In this document: positions 1 to 12,840 of the stretch, in pieces
Numbering within the stretch: the stretch's first letter is position 1
Layout of the letters: each line of letters begins with the position of its first letter
Assembly: GCA_951406725.2 (NCBI GenBank)
Contig: OX597826.1
Coordinates: 81,840,001 to 81,904,000 of the forward strand
From: Octopus vulgaris
Taxonomy: Eukaryota
Direction of reading: 5' to 3'
Length of the DNA stretch: 64,000 nucleotides
Program-made: the position numbers and the translations under genes
Notes under the pieces: model-generated
The model's database searches: none
Seen by the model: only the letters and a program-made list of their open reading frames with translations
What the model was told of the DNA's origin: nothing

Positions 1-892
1 AAAAGAATGAAATTGTGGAACGACTGGTTGACCAGAATCAGATCATTTTACCAGCACTGCATATCAGATTAGGTTTAACGAAACAGCTTGTAAAGGCTCT
101 GAACAAAGAAGGGGAGATACTTTGGCTACATCTGCAGGAAAGTTCCAGTGTTGAGCATGGAGAAGCTAAAAGCAGATACTTTTGAGAACTCACGGAAATC
201 CACATTTCAAAGATTCAAAGAACAATGCTGAGGCAGATGCATGGTCTTCGTTCAATATGTTTGTAGAGAATTCTCTTGGGAACTATAAAACAGATAATTA
301 CACTGAGTTAGTAGAGAGAATGCTGTCTTCTTTCTTCTGTCAGCTTGTCTGTACAATGAGTATCAAGGTGGATTGTCTCCACAGCCACTTGGATCGTTTC
401 CCAGAAAAGCTTGGTAACCCAAGTGAAGAGCAGGGTAAATGATTCCACCAAGATTTAAGAACTATGGAAGAAAGATACCGGACAGACTGAGACACCCACA
501 TGACGGTAGATTACTGCTGGTCCACCCGAAGGGATTGCTCTGGTGCAGCTCACCGCAAGAAGTCTTTGAAGCGCTGCTCGAGTGAAGGCTATCAATGACA
601 ACTTTCTATGCTTGCTCCATTGTTATCTTATTCTCTGATGTAAATTCTTCATAAATAAAAGAAATCTACGCGTATGAATGTGTTTTATTAATCCAGAAGG
701 CAAAAATAATGATCTGTAGACATCAGTCCTGGTATCCGATTGGTCGTGTGCGTTAAAATTAGGGGTTTATCATATCTCAGTAACCAGAGGTGATGGAAAA
801 GAACAAACTGATGGCGTATTTATATTCAAAGACCAAAACTTACCTAAAAAAAGGTCTAATATCTTTGGCACCAATTTTCATGTTCCCCAGGG
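1..892 (+). mobile_element. Chapaev3-like (CMC/Transib-related) DNA transposon, 3' part: decayed transposase C-terminus plus probable right terminus
   Basis: Translation gives IILPALHIRLGLTKQLVKAL (~30-115), AWSSFNMFVENSLGNYK..NY, MSIKVDCLHSHLDRFPEKLG..SEEQGK*FHQD..MEERY..MTVDYCW. These match the Chapaev3 motifs LPPLHIKLGL / HFLHSHLD / SDEHGERFHQ / ADYCW. Stops and frameshifts are present. TTCCCCAGGG near 890 resembles a ...CCCAGTG terminus. Confidence 0.75.
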
Positions 893-1852
893 TCATCAAT
901 ACATCAATCAGTAGATGCACATTACAGCAATGCCGGATAAAATATCCAATGTGTTCATAAGTCAATGTATAGTTTAATAATAAATTAACATAAATTAACG
1001 TAAATTAACATATCCATGTGTCTACTTCTATTCCTCATACCTTTCACTTCCTCCCATCCTCTCCCTCTCTTTCAATACAGTTATATATTCCGAGTAAATT
1101 CTCTTTCCATTTATAATCCAGTTTCTGTGCTTCTGCATAATTAATATCACTCATAATTTATGTAAGAATATAATATAGTGTGTGTTTGTGTATATGTATA
1201 CATATAAGTGCACGTTTGATTGTGTGTGTGTGTGCGTTTTTGCGTGTGTGAATGTACGTACGAACGTACTTGCGTGTGTGTGTGTATGTGTGTGTGTGCG
1301 CGCGTACGTGTGTGTGCGTGCGTGTGTGCACGTGCATGCGTGTGTGTGTGTGCGCATCTGTTTGTCTATGTGTATCTAAGTATATATGTCGACGCAGCAA
1401 GCAACTGAAGATGGGATGATAACAACAAAAACATCAATAACAACAATATGGGGACACCATCGACAACAACAATAGTATCAACATGAACCAGAATTAGAAA
1501 GATGAAAAGAATATCACTAACAAAGGTTACATGGACGACAACGACGCCATCTACAATGTTTCTTCTAAAACCAAACATCACCGCCGCGAACATCAACACA
1601 ACCATTAACCTCGGCAACCATTATCCTCATCATTATCAACCATCTTTGGCAAATAAAAAAAATACAAGTCTCAAAATATAAAGCAATCAAATAAAACATC
1701 AGACCAAACAAACGTTGTGAAAGATGCATGAGGTGTGTAGTTGTGGTAGCAACGATATTGCTCATGAAGGCGGTGGTGGTGGTGTCTTTGGTTCTGCTGG
1801 GTTTGGGGGTGTGAGTGTTGGCGGTTGAGAGTGGAAAGCATTTTCGACTTAC

Positions 1853-2005
1853 CGCTGTTGGTAGATTTGTACTTGAGTGAAAATCCTTCCCGTTCGATGG
1901 TATTGTCCGTGTGGAAGTAGATGTAAGCATAACGCCCAATGTTATTGACGTTGATGGAGCTCTGACCGCATCTGTGATCAAGAAGCTCACCCGATCGATC
2001 AAAAC
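1853..2005 (-). CDS. CUB-domain protein, exon encoding the C-terminal part of the CUB domain (phase 1-1)
   Basis: Acceptor tttcttcctctgaag|, donor AGCG|gtaagt, 153 nt. Encodes GFDRSGELLDHRCGQSSINVNNIGRYAYIYFHTDNTIEREGFSLKYKSTNS, with the CUB motifs CG and FHTD..I..EGF. Confidence 0.92.
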
Positions 2006-2949
2006 CTTCAGAGGAAGAAATGATAAAAATAAAAGTAAAGAAAACCGAATCAGGATAATCGATATCATTAGTTACATTTCTAAAAATCAATCAATGCTGA
2101 AGAGAAAGTTAAACACTTATACAGACACACGCGTACGGACATATATATACATATATGCATCTATGCATCCATCCATCCATACACACATTCAAATATACAC
2201 ATATACATACACGTACACATAATACATGCATGTATGCATAAATTCACACATATCTATGCATACATGCGTAAATATATACATACATTCATACATACATGCA
2301 TACACATATATATATGTACATGAATACATAAATACATGCATATATGCATGGATGCGTATATACATACATGCAAGCATACATACATTCATACATGCATGCA
2401 TACACAGATGCATTCATACATACATACATACATATGATAAATTCAACTAAAAAGCTGTGTGAATAACGGAATTAGAACGGAGATGCTGCAAGCGTGTTGA
2501 GCAAAAACTCTAAAATATCGATGCTGCAGTAATTGAAACAATTCTAAGAAAAATATTCAACAGGAAATCCCTTTGGTCCAGAGCTTATTACAGGATATTG
2601 AATGATAAGCCCTGAAATTTTATCAGCGAAATTTAATAATACTGCTTAGGAGGAATGTCAAGGACACGGTATACGTAGCCATGCGGTTTTCACCAGTTAT
2701 CACCTTTCTCAAACCTTAAAATAGCCGAGCAACTCAGCTACAAATTGCTCCCCCCCACCCGATAGAATGTCTAAACATCATATATAAGATGTACACTGGC
2801 TGCTTCAACTTGTCTCTGCAGAACCATAGTACCACTAACATAATTATAATCCCAGAACAAGCTGGGGGTAAAAAAGGAAATCTGGGAGTGTATTCAACAC
2901 CAACTAAATAGCAAAACCATTTAAGAAAGAACAATAAAGAACAGCAAAA

Positions 2950-3186
2950 TCTTTGACGGATGTTTGTCCTCATCTTGTTTGATGTTAACACAACGTTTCG
3001 GCCGATATACCCACCAAACCTTCATCAGGTGTCTTGAGGAAATTTCAAACCTGGGTTCTCATTCCTAAGGTATTTTCGATGTTGTTGTTATTATTAATTA
3101 TTATTATTATTCAGATCACTGCCTGGAATCGATCTCGGAATCTTGCGGTTAGTAGCCCGCGCTCTTAACCACTACGCCATATGCCC
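2950..3186 (-). mobile_element. tRNA-headed SINE-like element containing a hammerhead ribozyme
   Basis: Minus strand: GGGCATATGGCGTAGTGGTTAAGAGCGCGGGCTACTAACC..GAGATCGATTCC (A and B boxes), then (AAT)n, a body, and the hammerhead at 2987-3033. Confidence 0.75.
2987..3033 (-). ncRNA. Minimal type-I hammerhead ribozyme motif
   Basis: GACAC-CTGATGA-A-GGTT..loop..GGCC-GAAA-CG-TT-GTGTT. Canonical core, stem I GACAC/GTGTT, palindromic stem III AACGTT. Stem II contains G-U pairs. Confidence 0.75.
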
Positions 3187-3399
3187 GGAATTTTACAGTC
3201 GGTCCACTATGTCTAAACAATGGTTTTTGGTTCATCGAATCCGTCTTCCTGTTGTAGGTTCTTGGTTGTGGTCGACCCTCTCTGTAGTTGTCATAATAGC
3301 TCAGCTATGACTTTTTGTCCGAAAAATCAATTGCTGTGGGTCCTGTCTAAAAGGCATTGTAGTAGGGTGCACAGTTTGCGTGGTGTCATGGAGAGAAGC

Positions 3400-4780
3400 A
3401 ATTGAGATGCACCGAAACGGAGGGTAACGCATGGAATATAGTTTGCAGAGCATTCATAGACGACATAACGGTTATGGCACCATCATTCCAAGGAAAGCGG
3501 TATTGAGCTCGCTGGAAAAGATGGCTGTATAGTCATGCTTGAAATTTAACTCTGTGAAAGTTCAGAGCCTGAATATCCTTAAAGAAAAAGTAGTTCACTG
3601 CCTTGGGAGAAGTTACAACAGTATCCTTAAAGATATTGGTAATGGTGAAGACATTAAGACCAACTAGACAAGTGGCTAAGGGAAGTTTGTAAAAACCACC
3701 TACTTGGAACATTTAAAGTATAGTGCTTCCAATATAGCATCATATTCGAGCTGCACTGACCATTCCTCCTTTACGATTTGTCCATGATTCGGGCAGTGCA
3801 TGGGAGACGATGCGAAGGTGGTAGGGTTCCCATTCGAATCGTAGCTCTAACCCGAACCCTATCAATCTGTACAGCAAGACCATTTGCAATTTCCTCAGTC
3901 ATGGAGAAATTCAAAGCCACAAATGCAAGAGCTCTCATCACATTGCTTCTGTCTGAGGATGAGAAAGTCAGACCCAGCAACAAGACTAAGAAGTCTGGCA
4001 GCAAATGGGAGTTCCTGGAAGATGTGAAGGAGGCTGAGACATACTGGAAATACCAGAATGTTTGTTAAGGCAGTTTGTCAAGAATGGTTAGGATTTGTTA
4101 ATTACAGTACCTAGAGATAGTAAAGTACTTATACCAGGAGCAAGAAAAGGCCCACAAGGCGAAGAATCTGTGACTCAACTCGAACGCCTATTGTTTTGAA
4201 TGGCATCAAGGTGATAAACACGGAAGCTGGAAATAGCTCAAGAGGGATATGGTTGATAAGAGACTAGTTTAGTCTTCGCTACCCCACTCAAGCGAAGCGT
4301 ACAGGCTAATGGGAGAAGCGCTTGTGACTCTGGGATAACTGCAAACGATAGAATTTAGAAGAGCTAGAAAAATCCCATCGCAGCTCCTACAGTTTGTAAG
4401 TGGTGTAAAGCATCTCGGATGTGTATTTCAGCATTAGGTTTAAAACATTAAAAAGAATGGAAGGAGCCAAAATAAACTTCGAACAAGTTAATTTTCTTTT
4501 ATAGTGCTACTGAAAGTTTGAAAACATAGTCGAAATGTAAGGACACTTTAGGAAAGAGATTCAAACAGATCGAATTCTGCGATTTAATATCACTCGAAAT
4601 AAAGTTTGCAGTAGACGGAACTATTCAGAATGCTCAGAAGAAACGTCCCGGGATTCCGCGGATATCTAAAGGCAAGAACATGTGTTATAAGTGTGTTGTT
4701 AGAGTTCAAAATATCTGTGCGGCAAGCGAATTGTGAGATCAAGCGTTTATCGAATATTGAAGTGCTCTTATTGGAGAAAT
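3400..4780 (+). mobile_element. Decayed HERO/NeSL-like non-LTR retrotransposon (RT, thumb and RLE remnants)
   Basis: RAFIDDITV (~3447, RT active-site region); ILKEKVVHCLGRSY; LLGTFKV*CFQY..LH*PFLLY; SSVMEKFKATNAR..L.L.S.D.KVR....SGSKW....VKEAE (HERO-type). Many disablements. Confidence 0.65.
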
Positions 4781-4785
4781 TAATT

Positions 4786-4963
4786 ACATCATCATCATTA
4801 TTATTATCATCTTCGTTTAACTTCCACTTTCCCTGCATGCTTGGGTAGGATCGTTGGCGGGAGCCTGCCAGGTAGAAAAGGTGCTCTAGGCTACACACTG
4901 TATCTGTTTTGACATAGATTTTACGACTGAATGCCCCTCCTAACACCAACCACTCCACAGAGT
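4786..4963 (-). mobile_element. RTE-tail SINE or LINE 3' fragment
   Basis: (CAT)n followed by cgtttaacttccactttccctgcatg...tgcccctcctaacaccaaccactcc. The same tail occurs on the + strand at ~28455-28510. Confidence 0.55.
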
Positions 4964-6548
4964 TCATGCTCTCAAATGAAGATTATCTAGTTATACGATT
5001 GGTATAACATCTGCAAATCATACTTTCCGACATAGATTGTTTGAAGTAAGGAGGCGAGATTGTAATAAAATGACTCAATTAACCGCCAAAGTTGCATTCA
5101 CTCGGTGCCTGAGTATCTCTATATTACAGAGTATCGTCATGTTACTAAACCAGGAGTCGCTGTATGGTGAGGCTTATAATCAAAAAGATTAAAGATTAAT
5201 TGGACCATTCTTTTTCATGGTATTCTGACTGGTTCCTTTGACTTAGACTTGCTGTGTCACTCTACCATACCAAATATTCAAGAGAATTTTTAACTTGGCT
5301 ATCTCCCTTTTTTTTCCTTGAGCAGGGTCACACGGACCAATCCTTCATTTTTCTTTTTTATAGCAGTCAAGTTCATATTGATTCGCTGGGTGCGTCCTGT
5401 CCCCAAGACTTTCTTGAATCCTGCACGCCAATAACCATCGCATTCGTTTTCTTATTTCAGAGACATGTAAGTTGCGAACTGCTCAGTAATGGCGCTGGTA
5501 TTGATTAGCTAGCTGCTGTTTAGCCACAGGTCAGTCATAATGACGTATGCCAAAGATTGAAAGCGCTCCAACGGTGACCATCCCGTATTTTTATATTGCT
5601 GAGAGCAGATCGCGGAATATATTATCTAATACATGTGATAAACAGAGAAGATTATTTTTGCTCGTATTCCTGACAGGAACAGCAACCGTGAAGAAGCATT
5701 TCCATTGTCTCTAGGGATATTAATATTATTGTTGAAGGGAAATTTCTTACTCTGGGAATTGAAACATAACTGTAAACTTAGCTCACCTCTTACACCCCAT
5801 CAACCCTCATTTCCAATATATTTACATAATGTCGACGCCTGCAGTTTGTCACAGACCATAAAAATGAGATCAGAAGTGATACAAAGGAATGGTTTGAATT
5901 CTCATAGCCATTTCAAACCTTCATGTTTTAACTAAATTTCAAGAAGGTCAAAGAAAACGAGAATTATATGATTCCTGGTGGAATTCTAGCAAATAAGAAT
6001 AATTTGGTGATTTAAATATGAAAGAAATATAGTGTTTGGCTATTTGAGCTAATGAGCTCGCAGGGATTAATGTAGTTGTGTATATGTTAGCATATAATGT
6101 ATGGCTGGGTGTGTGTGTGTATGTGCGTGTGTATGGGTCATTGAAAATGATAAAAAAGGAGCGAAACAATGACTGAGAGAGAGAGAGGAGGGAGAGAGAG
6201 AGAGCAAGAAAGAGAAAGCACATACACATAATACGCTTACAAAGAAGTGTTCGGAAAGAGAAGAAATTCTGTAAAGAAGCAAAGAGAAAAACGAAATATG
6301 CTACAACAGAGATGTAAAGAATTAGATTGTGTGGGCGAATGCGAGCAGAAAGATATAGAGTATGTCGTGTGTGTGTGTTGGGGGAGGGGTGAATAGCGAT
6401 GAAGAGTGAATGAATGAATGAACGGGTGACTGAGAGAGAGAGACTGAAAGAGAGGGTGAGAGAGCAGAAAAGAAAAAGTCGAGAGACGAGGCAACCATGC
6501 ACAACTAGCCAGTGATATGATGGAGATAAGACAACCACATACATGCGT

Positions 6549-6619
<71 letters not shown>

Positions 6620-6767
6620 TTAACGCATAGTCACGTGCTCATATTTACATAGAGCTAGGGAGAGACAAATAGAGGAAGAGAGCGACTGCGAAGGAAAAGT
6701 AAATTAGAAAATATAATACAATGTAGGTCTCGTTTCATTACAGCCGTAGTGTCATTAGAAAGGAAGC

Positions 6768-6805
<38 letters not shown>

Positions 6806-7855
6806 TGTGTGAGGGAAGGAGGGAGGAAGAAAGCAACTTAAAGTTACTGAAATAAGTTTAAGTTGCTTCGTTTCTCTGTAGAAGAGATACGAGTTGAGAG
6901 TTCCCTTCATAACACAGCAAAACACCAGACAAACCTTGTTGAACTGTTTTTTTTTATCTTCGTTTGAACACGGGGTCTGTTTATAGAGCGAACCTGAAAG
7001 GCTGAGTGTATGTCTATTAAGTTTTATATATCTCGGTTCGTTCCACTTCTTGTCTCCATTTAATTTTTATATAAATATTTAAGACGCGAAATTCTCTCCC
7101 TTTGCTTTACCCTCTCCACTCTCTCTCCCTCTCACTCTTCCTCCTTCTCTCTCTCTTAGCCGCGTGTCCCCCTCCTCCTTCTTTCTCACTGCCAGCCTAA
7201 CAATTTCTTTCTTTTGCACGCTGCCTCTGCTACTGAAAAGTCATGCTTTCCACACGCTGCCACACAACATCTTTCGTCTAGCCAAAAAAAGGCCTTTTCG
7301 TTCGTTTGTTTTTTCTCATTTATTCTCTTGTTTGTTTGATTTCCCGTATTGTATTCTCTTTTTATTTCTCGTCTTGTATTTTTTTGTACTTGTATTTTTA
7401 TCCTGTATTTTATTGCGCATTTTTTTTTTGTTACGTCCTGTTTGTGTTCTTACCCGTTTTACCCCGCTGCTTGGAATTTTATTTTAATTCTCTCGCAGGA
7501 AGGCCTAGTTGACGATGTGTCCTGTCTTGCCTTCGAAACACGCTCGAGTTAACTAGCGACAGCTGATGACGGTGGATTTTTCCTTGTGTAGCATGTCCTG
7601 TACTTGTTTTCTTGTTGTAAATTTTTGTTTTTTCCGTTTCTATGTCTTGTTGTGGTGTCCTGTACTCACGTATATTTACTTATATATGCATGTATATATA
7701 CATGTAGATGTAGGTACGTACATATATGTTTGTATGTATGCATATATTTTTATTTATTACATTATTGTCTGACAGCGCCTCGCGTCGGGTTCCTTTCGAT
7801 TCTAGGTTCGTTCCATTTCTTGTCTCCATTTAATTTATATATATATATATATATC

Positions 7856-7903
<48 letters not shown>

Positions 7904-8284
7904 GCTGTGTGGAAATTTCAGGACATTTTTAAAGAGAAAGTTAGTCTTACAGCTGTTTCTGGGATATTAGGGATATCCCTTCATCACTTTCCGTTTGTAA
8001 TGACAAAAATATGAACTGCTATCAGAATTTGCATACCACAGACAAGAAGCATTTCTACCATTTCTACAAACCACTTTCCTTGAATAATGGAACTGCAACT
8101 CTAACACCCTGCAAATATTTTTATTTCTACATTCATTCTATTTCCCTATATATTCCTCATTTCCTCTCTTTTCTTAAATAACTCCGTATATTGAACTCTA
8201 TTATTTCCCTCTATGTAACCATCTCACATCGACTTTGATGAAAGGATAATGCAGTGTCAAAGTGAAAGGAAAGTGAGTACTTAC

Positions 8285-8409
8285 CGCGATAGATCTGTAC
8301 GAAATCTTTATAACAACCTAAACTGTATTCTATATCAACGCGTTGCCAGTCTACTTGCAGCGAATAATTCGGATCTCCCGCATAGATTAGCCAACTGCAA
8401 GACATATTC
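8285..8409 (-). CDS. CUB-domain protein, middle CUB exon (phase 2-1)
   Basis: Acceptor tttgtatgtttcag|, donor CGCG|gtaagt, 125 nt. Encodes NMSCSWLIYAGDPNYSLQVDWQRVDIEYSLGCYKDFVQIYR (C.W.I and DIE...C..D.V.I motifs). Phase-compatible with both neighbours. Confidence 0.93.
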
Positions 8410-9581
8410 CTGAAACATACAAATGAGAATCACGTAATATGGATATAACAACTGACGGAATTTGCTGAAGATTATGATAACGAAGATGGCGGTGGTGAGT
8501 TTGGCACAAAATGAAGAATGGGTCTGAGTTGAGTGTAATAATTGTTGAGTTAAAATTGATAATTTAGTGATCTGTCTACCCATTAACCAAACCGCTACAT
8601 TAAAAAATCATATCTACAATCAATCAAGAATCGAAACCGTATATAGTTTCACCACCACGCACATTTCATCGGCACCCAGGTGGAATTTAAGCTCACAATG
8701 CAAAATTTTGGATCGGACACTACACACCCACTCCGTTGGGCAACACTTTTGTTGTTTATTAAGTGAAAAACTGAAAGGCGAGTATTTGAACATTGATTTT
8801 AGAGAACCAGAACATTCTATCCAGCACTCCAATAAATTTGCCAATTTGTCTAAGCTTTTGGAATTTTTAATTTAGAAGAACCCGAGGTCACTTACAAGAA
8901 TAGTACTCGTTATCTTAATGTCTATTTGTTTTGAGTGATAAGAGGGTTATTTATTGTTAACAAGGGGTTCGTTGATAATACAAAAAAATATTGACAATAG
9001 GGGGTAATATTTGATAGAAAAGGTATTTGTTGATAACAAGAATAATTATTGATAGCAACAGCAATCATTGTGAGATACTGTGTTTTCATTGAAGCTAAAT
9101 ATAAAATTGTAAAAAGGAAAAGATTGGTGCAAACAGTATTTCGAGTCGATAAAAAAAAATACGATTAGCAAGGAATTTGTCAGCAGTTAATAATTAAAAT
9201 ATTCTTTCGATAACTGACCAATGACCATCAACACATTCTGGTAATTACAACAAAGTAGGTGATAAATTGCTTGATAAACTCTGTTTTTGAAGCTATTGCT
9301 CGAACGACCGAGTTTCATGTTATAAAAGACGGAAACACGTAGAACATCGCTGCGAGTGTCCCCTCTCCTGATATTCAAAGACGAACACACACATACACAC
9401 GCAGTCACACAAGTTCACAATGGAACAGGAATATGAGAATGATTGAATATTTCTTTGAATAAAAAGAAAGATGGGAGGTCTCAGTAGACTTCATCCTCCC
9501 GATAAATTTTACTCTCAATATAAGGTTACAGTATCAGGAAACGTTCCTTTGTTATTTTTTCGTTATAAATATACATACATA

Positions 9582-9629
<48 letters not shown>

Positions 9630-9649
9630 TACATGATATATATATATAC

Positions 9650-9860
9650 AATAATAAACTAGTAATTAATAATTCCACCAAGTAGAATTCGGCATGTTAA
9701 AAGGACCATTTTTCGGTAAACTTAAACAATATTTTATAATTACGAGTATAATTAGGGTTCAGCAAAGATTTGTTTTACCACATACCGAACTTTAGAAATA
9801 GCAGCCAAAGAACCTTAGCTATTTCTTCTACTATAAGAAGAGACACCCGGATAAAACAAA
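9650..9860. repeat. Short interspersed repeat between (TA)n tracts; homologous to 22294-22540 in opposite orientation
   Basis: Shared caccaagtagaattcggcatg and agggttcagcaaagatttg..accgaactttagaaatagcagccaaag. Confidence 0.65.
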
Positions 9861-9870
9861 ACAAAACAAA

Positions 9871-9924
<54 letters not shown>

Positions 9925-9929
<5 letters not shown>

Positions 9930-10082
9930 ATATTTCGGAATGGTCATATTGCCAGTTTAGCCAATAAAAACACACGCACTATATATTTGGTGTTATTTTG
10001 CTTCAGTGATATTTATTTTTTACATTAATCTTAATCTTATTTCGGCCAGAGTTCTTTCGTCACACTCCTGTGACCGCATCAC
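9925..10082 (-). repeat. (TA)n-flanked mini-element ending in a truncated hammerhead-like fold
   Basis: Minus strand: TGATGCG-GTCAC-AGGAGT-GTGAC-GAAA-GAAC-TC-TGGCC. The 5' side is cut off by (TA)n. Confidence 0.45.
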
Positions 10083-10111
10083 ATATATATATAGTGGTTT
10101 TGTCTCTAATA

Positions 10112-10177
<66 letters not shown>

Positions 10178-10370
10178 TATCGTTGCTATTATGCAAAAGT
10201 GTCGTAAGTCTAAAACGTTACTTTTACAGGGAAAAACTAGTTTCCCCATTCCATTTCTTTTTATATTAGCAACAGTTTCCGCTTGATACTTTGTTGGCTG
10301 CATAAAATGGTAATTCCATGCATGTATGATATTTTCAGTCTGAAATATTTTTGCAAAATTGTCGCATTTT

Positions 10371-10749
10371 TTTTCAGTCATTTGAGTGCAGCCATGCCGG
10401 AGCACCGCATTTAATCGAGCACATCGACCCCAGGACTTATTCTTTGTAGGCCTAGTACTTATTCTATCGGTCGCTTTTGCTGAACTGCTAAGTTACGGGA
10501 ACGTAAACACACCAGCATCGGTTGTCAGGCGATGGTTGGTGACAAACACAGACACACAAGCTCACTCACACACATATATATGGACATATACGACGGGCTT
10601 CTTTCAGTTTCCGTCTACCAAATCCACTCACAAGGCTTTGGTCGGCGCAAGGATATAGTAGAAGACACTTGGCCAAGGTGCCACGCAGTGGGACTGAACC
10701 CGGACCCATGTGGTTGGTAAGCAAGCTACTTACCACACAGCCATTCCTG
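10371..10749 (-). mobile_element. tRNA-derived SINE, octopus-type family A
   Basis: Head AGGAATGGCTGTGTGGTAAGTAGCTTGC..GGGTTCAGTCCC. Colinear with the full copy at 46244-46666. Confidence 0.85.
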
Positions 10750-10879
10750 TTTGTGGAACTTACTACGCTTTTCAAAAATGCTAAACCGTTATACTACAAT
10801 TTGACAATTTTCATATCTTGGCATCTGAAGCAGCTGGATATACTTTGACCAAGCAAAATAAAAATACTGAGAAAAAAAA

Positions 10880-10933
<54 letters not shown>

Positions 10934-11044
10934 TATCGGCGCAGGAGTGGCACATTTGGCAAGTATCTTCTACTATGGCATTAGTCGACCAAAACCTTGC
11001 GAGTGCATTTGGTAGACAGAAACTGTAAGTCATATATATATATA

Positions 11045-11260
11045 ATATATGTATAATCAAAATAAGCAACAAGTATATCCAAGGTAGAGTAGTACAATTG
11101 TTTCATGCTACTTCATTTTATTAAACACTGTAAGCATTACATCAGTTTTAAAATGTCGAGCAATCTTCAGCCACTTATAGAAATTTCCAATCAAACGGAC
11201 AATGCACTTTCTTATCCATATTTCATTTGCCAACATTATAAAGAGGGTAGATATATAGAC
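11045..11260. repeat. (TA)n-associated interspersed repeat; other copies at 13065-13258 and 22720-22980
   Basis: Shares ataatcaaaataagcaacaagtatatcc.aggta with the 13160 copy, and gtttcatgctacttcattttatt..acatcagttttaaaatgtcgagcaatcttcagccac with the 22720 copy. Confidence 0.8.
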
Positions 11261-11340
11261 AGAGAGGCTGATTTCATTCTTAAGAACATGATAGTAGTAT
11301 GTTCTCGTTTAAAAAAGAAGATAAAGAAATGTACAAAATG

Positions 11341-11460
11341 TGACACTATAGGCTAAAAAAAAGGTCTGACACTATAGGCTAAAAAAAAGGTCTGACACTA
11401 TAGGCTACAAATAATGTGACACCATTGGCTGCAAAAAGATGTAACATTATAGACTAAAAA
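11341..11460. repeat. 26-bp minisatellite, about 5 copies with progressive decay
   Basis: Unit tgacactataggctaaaaaaaaggtc occurs twice exactly, followed by diverged copies. Confidence 0.85.
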
Positions 11461-11846
11461 GTAAAAAGAAAAGAACAAGTCCCCTGGGGTGTCTCTTTTG
11501 ATTGAACCATTATCGAAAATGCATCAGTGACTGGCCAAGTGGAAACCTGTAAACAATGACACTGTTTTCTCGAGTTTATTTATTTATTTATTTCAATAGA
11601 TGTGTAAATAATGGGTAAATAGATCGAATAAACCAGAAGAAAACAGTAATATAACCAGTAGGGACGAAATAGGGGTATTTACTAAGATGAGATCTATTCA
11701 TCGTTATGCATTATCGTCTGATTCAAAGGCGGTCATTTTGTGTGAGAATTACCGAAGAAAACATCACATTATTTGTAATAAGGCGTAGCTTGAACAATAT
11801 AAAAAACAAAAAGAAGTTAAGAATTGAAGGCATATTTGCAACTTAC

Positions 11847-11943
11847 TTAACATATTTACTGAAGTATCCGGGAGACTGAATGAGTTGCCATGAACTCGTG
11901 CTCGCTGTTAAGTTCTTTGTTTCTAAACAGTCATTAACGGAGT
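11847..11943 (-). CDS. CUB-domain protein, first CUB exon (phase 1-2); not in the ORF track
   Basis: Acceptor ttctttatttttgtag|, donor GTTAA|gtaagt, 97 nt. Encodes SVNDCLETKNLTASTSSWQLIQSPGYFSKYV (C...L.A.....I.SPGY...Y). The terminal AA plus the G of the next exon gives Lys. Confidence 0.9.
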
Positions 11944-12718
11944 CTACAAAAATAAAGAAAAAGGAAGGGATAAATTATGCAATCAAATATACAAATGCCT
12001 AGAAGTATATGCATTCACACACACACACACACACAAAATATGCACGCACGCACGCTCATAATATTTTACAAATTTTAATGTTTAGCAAAGAAACATTGCT
12101 TTTCTAAATCTGTAACAAAACATTTTGGATCTGTAAAACGCAATTGAATAAGTTAAAAATATCTCTGAAATTCCAGCATTCAGCGCGAATTCGATTTAGA
12201 ACATTGAAAACAATTTCCTCACGGTAAATAGTGGCATAATATTTGAAAGAAAGAGTGAAGTCAAGCGACATAATTTCATGTTAGGTAAAATCCATCTACA
12301 TAAAGAAAAACTGCTTCAACTGAAGTTTTAAATGTATAAACGCTTGCTAGTATAAAAATTGTAAATATGTATCGTTTTGGGAGGATCATTACACCAATAG
12401 CAACAACACACGCACTGATTCAATATCATTTCTCTATTTTTAGTTAGCTTCACGCCTAAAACCTTGTATACCAACGTGTAGAGTACGTAGATGTAATATA
12501 TGTCTATATACATATTTATGTTAAAAGCAAATATATGTTTTTAATTGTGTGCGTTAAAAAATCGCATAGATACGATCATCTAAATGGAAAGACAGCAATA
12601 ACGTAGCAATGTGCGATAAGAATGGGTAGATATTTGTATACATGTGTATGGTTCTATGAGCAACTGTATATGAAAATATGTTTATACATGTGTATGTGTG
12701 TATGCATGTGTGTGTACA

Positions 12719-12765
<47 letters not shown>

Positions 12766-12840
12766 TAGAGCTAACCATAGGAGTAATGTAAAACTAAATG
12801 TAAATTTTCGATACTAATATCAGAAAAATGTTCCTCATAC

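Noticed and set aside
3115-3186. tRNA gene
   Set aside because: The acceptor stem does not pair and the T-arm is imperfect; it is a SINE head. The same applies to the other tRNA-like heads.
7488-7570. AAGGC...GCCTT-C-GAAA-CACGC-TC arrangement with a nearby CTGATGA
   Set aside because: The core position reads TCGCAGG and the CTGATGA lies downstream without matching stems.
8940-9080. Degenerate short tandem arrays (TTGATAACAAG-like; also CACAA-like at 29920-30120)
   Set aside because: Decayed minisatellites with no further structure.
11095-11175. Possible hammerhead on the minus strand (CTGATGTA-ATGC...GCAT-GAAAC) in the three-copy repeat
   Set aside because: The core deviates and there is no convincing stem I or stem III; left unclaimed.
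11341-11460. CRISPR-like repeat array
   Set aside because: Units are directly tandem with no unique spacers, in a eukaryotic context with no cas genes.
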